A stretch of 61,471 nt of DNA from the IMG/VR virus record IMGVR_UViG_3300012665_001805; one strand, written 5' to 3'. Within the stretch, counting starts at the first letter, position 1; each line of letters begins with the position of its first letter. Shown piece by piece: positions 56,831 through 61,471 of this stretch. The notes under the pieces are model-generated. The model saw nothing but the letters and a program-made list of their open reading frames with translations. It did no database searches and was not told the origin of the DNA. The translations under genes and the position numbers were made by a program. The DNA comes from a virus (Duplodnaviria > Heunggongvirae > Uroviricota > Caudoviricetes).

Positions 56831-58432
56831 TTATATAAGCCAAGAAATATCTTCTTTGCCGTTTGAGTAAGGGTTATCTATTTGATATGGGTTATTATTA
56901 TACTTATCAGCATACGAAGGGCCATTTGTATAGCCACCGGAGTATTTTGAAGAATTACTAGCAATTCCATTAAGCATGCTTTTAGTCATATCCATATTAC
57001 TTTGTCTTAATTTAAAAGCGGTATCACGTAAATAACAACCAATACAAAATGCCATCATTAAGTCATCATTGTATCCTGCTTGCGCTTCTGCTCTACCGTT
57101 TCTCCATATAAATACTTTCATCTCCTCTAATAATCGATTAGATCGTAAAACAACTCCTTTATCCATAACAGCTTCTTGGAATTTACCAATTGCTATCGGA
57201 CGAGTCGTTGAAGACATTGTAAATCCAGGTGTCATCTTACTTACATCCATATATGGATCAAAGAAAGAATCTGTATTGTTTATTCCACCTTTTGGTGAAT
57301 AATAAAAGTTTTGATAACCTCTATCCAAAATGGTTTGTACGGTAGACCAACCTACACTTTGATTTTCGACTGCTAATAGTGCATTATTATATTCCGTTGC
57401 AATGCTAACTAATAGATGTCCATAATCCTTAGTACTAATTTGTCCCTTATATTCACCTACCTGAGTGAATGATTCAACATCTATGATGTGAAACGCCGAA
57501 TTATCCTTACCATCGCCACGAGCTACGTCAGCTACGATCAGATAGTTCCTTGAATAATCCGCTGGTTCCCAAATCCATAAGTTTTGGTCTATACCACGTT
57601 TTTCTAGAGGATCTTGTATTTGAAATTGTTCGTAAAACACAATATCTTCTGGTTGAAATACTGTATCACCAGAAGTTGTAAAGTCACAGTCACATTCCTG
57701 TGCTGCCATACGAATACCTAAATCTTTATCTTGTTGATCTCTCCATGTTTGATCTCGTTCAGGGTGAACTTGCCATGGTAATCTAATTGGTAAGAAACTA
57801 TTCTCACCCATTTCTGCATTAACCCATGTTTGATGGAACCAGTTACCTGTACCGTAAGGTGTAGATAATGCTATACAGCCCCCTCCAGTAGCTAAGGTTT
57901 GTTGAGCGGATGCCCAAATCTCACCAATACTATGGATGAAGGCAGCCTCATCGATTATTAGCAAAGTAACGGCTTCTGATCGACCTGCATCACTTGATGC
58001 TGAAGTAGCTTTAATTTGTGAACCGTTATTTAAACGTAGGGTTAATTTACTTTCCTCTGCGGGTTTATCTTTTTCTCTTAACCATGAAGGTAAGCTGTTA
58101 TACATAAACTTAACTTTGGTAACCATGTTTTTAGCGGTTTCCTGTTTAGTTGCGATACATAGCACGTTTTTATCTTCATGAAATAACATTAACCAAAGTG
58201 AATAACCAGCAGCTAATGTTGATATACCTAACTGCCTAGATTTAAGTACTATTGAGTAAGGATTTTCTTGGAATAGTGTTAAAACCTTTTCTTGAAATGG
58301 ATACAGGTTAAACTGAATACGTCCACGTTTTGGATGCTGGATGTAACAGTATTTTTTCATAAAGTAAGCCGGTGATTGGGCACACTTTATATATTCCTCT
58401 CGGATTACCTGTTTTAGATTTCTTTCTTCCAT
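56831..58432 (-). CDS. Terminase large subunit (gp17-like)
   Basis: KSRQLGISTL Walker A, LLIIDEAAF Walker B, LSTPYG, QECDC.F, ADVARGDGKD nuclease, NDDLMMA. Confidence 0.97.
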   Translation of the reverse strand: MEERNLKQVIREEYIKCAQSPAYFMKKYCYIQHPKRGRIQFNLYPFQEKVLTLFQENPYSIVLKSRQLGISTLAAGYSLWLMLFHEDKNVLCIATKQETAKNMVTKVKFMYNSLPSWLREKDKPAEESKLTLRLNNGSQIKATSASSDAGRSEAVTLLIIDEAAFIHSIGEIWASAQQTLATGGGCIALSTPYGTGNWFHQTWVNAEMGENSFLPIRLPWQVHPERDQTWRDQQDKDLGIRMAAQECDCDFTTSGDTVFQPEDIVFYEQFQIQDPLEKRGIDQNLWIWEPADYSRNYLIVADVARGDGKDNSAFHIIDVESFTQVGEYKGQISTKDYGHLLVSIATEYNNALLAVENQSVGWSTVQTILDRGYQNFYYSPKGGINNTDSFFDPYMDVSKMTPGFTMSSTTRPIAIGKFQEAVMDKGVVLRSNRLLEEMKVFIWRNGRAEAQAGYNDDLMMAFCIGCYLRDTAFKLRQSNMDMTKSMLNGIASNSSKYSGGYTNGPSYADKYNNNPYQIDNPYSNGKEDISWLI

Positions 58433-58860
58433 TATTTAATGGTTACCAATGTAATAATAGTTAGTATAGAAGCCACGAACCCTCCACCAAGCCATTTAAA
58501 TCTTTTTTTAAGGCGTTCGTTTTTACGATTTAATTTTTCAACATCACTTTCAAGACCAGTAATTATTGTTTTTTGTTTAGTAATAATTTGATCGTAGTTT
58601 GACACTTGTCCTATATAATTTTGTTCTTTAGCTACATATAAAGTAACTAAACTGTCTTGAGCATCAATTTTTTCGTTTAATTGCCAAATCATTTTATTGG
58701 CTATTTTCAATTCAGCAATAGCAGAATCACCTTTAACTAAGTCAAGGGCGATTAATTTTGCTTTACTGTATGAGAAACAAATTCTACTAGTATCTGTTTG
58801 CGAAAAACTGATCGAGCTCAGAATTAGAAGCACCAGTAAGATCTTTAATTTTATTGTCAT
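58432..58860 (-). CDS. Exported coiled-coil membrane protein (spanin-like)
   Basis: Signal peptide ending SFS|Q, long coiled coil, C-terminal hydrophobic WLGGGFVASILTIITLV. Confidence 0.5.
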   Translation of the reverse strand: MTIKLKILLVLLILSSISFSQTDTSRICFSYSKAKLIALDLVKGDSAIAELKIANKMIWQLNEKIDAQDSLVTLYVAKEQNYIGQVSNYDQIITKQKTIITGLESDVEKLNRKNERLKKRFKWLGGGFVASILTIITLVTIK

Positions 58861-59143
58861 AATATGTGCGTGTTTGAGTTAACTCTTTTTCTGTGATGAT
58901 AATTTCTTCTTCTAATGAGTCAATAACTATAACCTGTTTATCAACATTGTTAGTTAGTACACGTTGACCTTCTTTTAATAAGAAGATATTGTGTTGTAAA
59001 CTATCAATTTCTTTTTTTTCCTTAGCGTATTTGTCTACAGTAGGAGTTGTGGGTTTACATTTAACAAGAAGTATAAACCACAATAAAAGTATCCCACCTA
59101 TAATAAGGCGGGATAACTTTATTTTAATTATTTTATCTTTCAT
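58787..59143 (-). CDS. Membrane-anchored coiled-coil protein (i-spanin-like)
   Basis: Basic N-terminus, hydrophobic LIIGGILLLWFILLVKC, coiled coil; overlaps the next gene. Confidence 0.5.
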   Translation of the reverse strand: MKDKIIKIKLSRLIIGGILLLWFILLVKCKPTTPTVDKYAKEKKEIDSLQHNIFLLKEGQRVLTNNVDKQVIVIDSLEEEIIITEKELTQTRTYYDNKIKDLTGASNSELDQFFANRY

Positions 59144-59973
59144 TACGCTTCTACTTCTCTACCAGCAGCACGTTTTAAATCTTTTACTAATGAAGATGGT
59201 AATTTGTATTCTTTTTCTGCTTTAGTAATAAAAGCATCAACTTTAGCTTTGTCATCTTTATATTTAGTGACTAAACTTAAAATTCTATTGAATGTTTCTT
59301 TTTTCGAATCTGGAGTGCTAGCTAATTTTTTTGCTGTTTCGTCGCTACCTGCTGCTTTTGCTGCTGCTGCATCCTCATCATCCATAGGTTCTGATTTAGG
59401 AGCCATAGCTGCTTTTACTTTAGGAGTTTTTTCAGCTTTAGGAGCTTTTTCAGCTTTTGGTTCAGATCCTTTAGCTTTTTTAAGACCCATAGCAATTTGA
59501 ACTGCTCCGAATGCTTGAGGATAACCTAAACCATAAGTGTATTTTGGATCATCTCCTTTTTCTGCTTCATCAGCATCTAAAGCCGCTTTTAATTCAGGTG
59601 CTACTTTTTCTTGTGATTTTTTATTGCGGATTAATTTTGTAATTTCTTCCGGAGTAATATCAGATTTTGATTTAACCATTCTATTTACAGCAACTTCAAT
59701 CCCTTTACGAATTGGTTCTGTAATTTTAGCCATTTCATCTAATTGTTCTTCTTCAAGAGTAGAACTTGATTTTACTTCAGCATCAGCTTGTTTTTTTTCT
59801 AAATCTGCTATTTTTTTAGAGATATCAGCTTCTTTTTTGATAAGAGGTGCTTTTTGTTTTTCAATAGCATCTTTTTGTCTTTGCATAGCACTGATTTGGT
59901 CTCCTAAACCAGCTTCATTTAAAGCTCCAGCTATTTCTTCACGTATGATTTCAAGTAAACGAGTTTGTTTCAT
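59143..59973 (-). CDS. Putative internal head protein with Lys/Ala/Pro repeats
   Basis: LLEIIREEIAGALNE leader, coiled coil, PKAEKAPKAEKTPKVKA. Confidence 0.55.
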   Translation of the reverse strand: MKQTRLLEIIREEIAGALNEAGLGDQISAMQRQKDAIEKQKAPLIKKEADISKKIADLEKKQADAEVKSSSTLEEEQLDEMAKITEPIRKGIEVAVNRMVKSKSDITPEEITKLIRNKKSQEKVAPELKAALDADEAEKGDDPKYTYGLGYPQAFGAVQIAMGLKKAKGSEPKAEKAPKAEKTPKVKAAMAPKSEPMDDEDAAAAKAAGSDETAKKLASTPDSKKETFNRILSLVTKYKDDKAKVDAFITKAEKEYKLPSSLVKDLKRAAGREVEA

Positions 59974-59994
59974 TTTATATTTTATTGATAAATA

Positions 59995-60525
59995 TTAAAG
60001 GGACAGTACTTGTTTAATTTTTTCTATTCTCTCCTCGGTAGTACCCGATATTGCTGTATAACTACGAAATTTAGTTTTATGTTTCAAAATTAATTTTTGT
60101 ATTTCTTGATCAACTTCTTTCCTATACTTTGCATCTATAGTACGAACTCCATTATCTTCTAATTCTACACCTTCAGGTGAAACATAAAATATGTAATCAT
60201 ACTCGCGTAATAAATGCGATACAGCATCATTCAGTGCGTCTGCCATAAAATATGGAATCGATTTAGCTAAGCGCGTAAATGCCATTACATCAATTATAGT
60301 ACGATCTGTAATCATATCATCAAGAAATAATTCACTTGAACGTTCAGCAAAGAAAATAATTTGACCTTTTAATGTTGAATCAGTATTCAATGGAATACCT
60401 AAATCACGTAAATATTTTGAACGCTCAGTTCTGAATTCATATCCTGCAAATTCAGGTAATTCTCTTAAAGCATTAACTAATGTTGTTTTACCAACTGACA
60501 TTGTTCCACAAAATCCTATTTTCAT
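59995..60525 (-). CDS. NadR/AAA_28-like P-loop nucleotide kinase
   Basis: MKIGFCGTMSVGKTTL, ITDRTIIDVMAF, YDYIFY, EDNGVR. Confidence 0.8.
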   Translation of the reverse strand: MKIGFCGTMSVGKTTLVNALRELPEFAGYEFRTERSKYLRDLGIPLNTDSTLKGQIIFFAERSSELFLDDMITDRTIIDVMAFTRLAKSIPYFMADALNDAVSHLLREYDYIFYVSPEGVELEDNGVRTIDAKYRKEVDQEIQKLILKHKTKFRSYTAISGTTEERIEKIKQVLSL

Positions 60526-60530
60526 AACTT

Positions 60531-61471
60531 TTATTTTAATAAATTTTCTGCTACATAAATTGCTTGCGCTCCTGATACTGTAATGCCTCTTGCACTTAAA
60601 GCATCACCTACGAAATGTACGTTAGGGTAATCGATTAAACTAAGGTTACTATAATCTACTTTTACCTCAGGTGATAGATATTTTACCTCAGGAATATACA
60701 TACCCCAATCATCACCTAATGTTGGGAATACTTTTTTCATATCCATGATAAAATCCATCACATATTTGAAATAACCACCCATTGCAGGTTCTACAACATG
60801 AGTAAGTGTATCTAAACTAATTTGAGTTGAAGTTACATTATTACCTTCAGATGTAGTTGATGGAGTACGAGATGGACTATAATATAAACCAGTTCCATTT
60901 GATTGTAATTTATTTACAACTTCACGTGACCAAGTAAATGGATCTTCAATACCATTAATTTCCATCAAGATACCAAAGTTAGTCATGTTGTTTCTATATG
61001 CTTCATCTTTTTTAGCGTGACCATTGTAACTGTGATCTCCATATGTTTCTTCTACAGCAACATAAGCAGCATTATTATTTGTACAGAATGAACGTAATGA
61101 TACTCCTTCATCATCAAATTTTCTATATAACTTAAAGTCATATGAAATATCGATTAGTTTTTGAAAGTGTTCTTGTGGTGCTTCAAATCGAACACCAATT
61201 TGTACCGATTTAGGTTCATCTGGGAGTTCATATTCTTGGGCTAATTGTTGAGCGAAATCAATACCTGATTTACCTACAGCAAATATAAGTTCATCATAGT
61301 CTAAAGTAAAATTATCCACTTCACTAGCGTTTGTAACTACAATATTATGTTTAAAATTAATTTTAGTTACTTTAGTTTCCCATTGAAATTCAACACCTTT
61401 AGATACTAAATAATCGTACCAATTTTTAGCAATTTCAGATAGATAATCTGTACCTACGTGCCATACTGGGA
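60531..61471 (-). CDS. FAD-dependent oxidoreductase, COG2509-like (partial, starts beyond right edge)
   Basis: Frame is open upstream of the track's GTG (PVWHVGTDYL...GVEFQWETKV); IFAVGKSG, QIGVRFE, RSFCTN, NGHA, PEVKY, VGD...RGITVSGAQAIY. Confidence 0.85.
   Translation of the reverse strand, partial: PVWHVGTDYLSEIAKNWYDYLVSKGVEFQWETKVTKINFKHNIVVTNASEVDNFTLDYDELIFAVGKSGIDFAQQLAQEYELPDEPKSVQIGVRFEAPQEHFQKLIDISYDFKLYRKFDDEGVSLRSFCTNNNAAYVAVEETYGDHSYNGHAKKDEAYRNNMTNFGILMEINGIEDPFTWSREVVNKLQSNGTGLYYSPSRTPSTTSEGNNVTSTQISLDTLTHVVEPAMGGYFKYVMDFIMDMKKVFPTLGDDWGMYIPEVKYLSPEVKVDYSNLSLIDYPNVHFVGDALSARGITVSGAQAIYVAENLLK

Noticed and set aside
1290-58432. Inteins or self-splicing introns in nrdA, helicase, polA, MCP, portal or terminase
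   Set aside because: All are uninterrupted, of normal or short length, with no LAGLIDADG/HNH or Hint motifs seen.
56831-58432. Terminase N-terminus (NLKQVIREEY) as another capsid-targeting leader
   Set aside because: It matches the ordinary gp17-family I.EE..KC...P.YF start and lacks the LNE site.
1525-59998. All plus-strand ORFs in the track
   Set aside because: Each is antisense to a well-supported minus-strand gene and has no recognisable motifs; they are shadow ORFs.
1-61471. Stop-codon reassignment (code 15 or 4)
   Set aside because: Genes are full length in code 11; TAG (8367, 10109, 47352) and TGA (1290, 23117) end genes at sensible places.
1-61471. tRNA, rRNA or tmRNA genes
   Set aside because: Intergenic gaps are nearly all under 130 nt and no cloverleaf or T-loop GTTC pattern was seen.

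Overview
A 61.5-kb, very AT-rich segment of a large tailed dsDNA phage (T4-like myovirus head and tail modules), with every credible gene on the minus strand. In transcription order (right to left): FAD-dependent oxidoreductase (partial), NadR/AAA_28-like kinase, putative lysis/membrane pair, large terminase, portal, prohead core proteins, prohead protease, scaffold, major capsid protein, PhoH, neck and tail-completion proteins, a 12-kb array of fibre/appendage genes, two tail sheaths, tail tube, tail chaperones, tape measure, baseplate genes, a compact family A DNA polymerase, gp32-like SSB, UvsX/RecA, 5'-3' exonuclease, DnaB/gp41 helicase, nrdB, nrdA and a partial secreted cohesin/dockerin protein. 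The host is inferred to be Bacteroidota, from a T9SS type B sorting domain, Q-rule signal peptides, D-(S/T)-hydrophobic glycosylation motifs and a TAnnTTTR-like promoter. Main highlights: (1) phage-encoded Bacteroidota-style surface/secreted proteins, one with a T9SS CTD and one with cohesin plus dockerin; (2) two tandem baseplate hub paralogs with different peptidoglycan hydrolase tips (SleB-like vs CHAP/NlpC-like), alongside duplicated sheaths; (3) a candidate +1 (or -2) programmed frameshift in the tail chaperone; (4) a recurring upstream motif ATATTTATA, the reverse complement of the T4 late box; (5) a structured GNRA-containing leader before the longest fibre gene; (6) a miniaturised PolA; (7) an unannotated basic 47-aa gene. 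All family assignments come from motif recognition by eye, not database searches.
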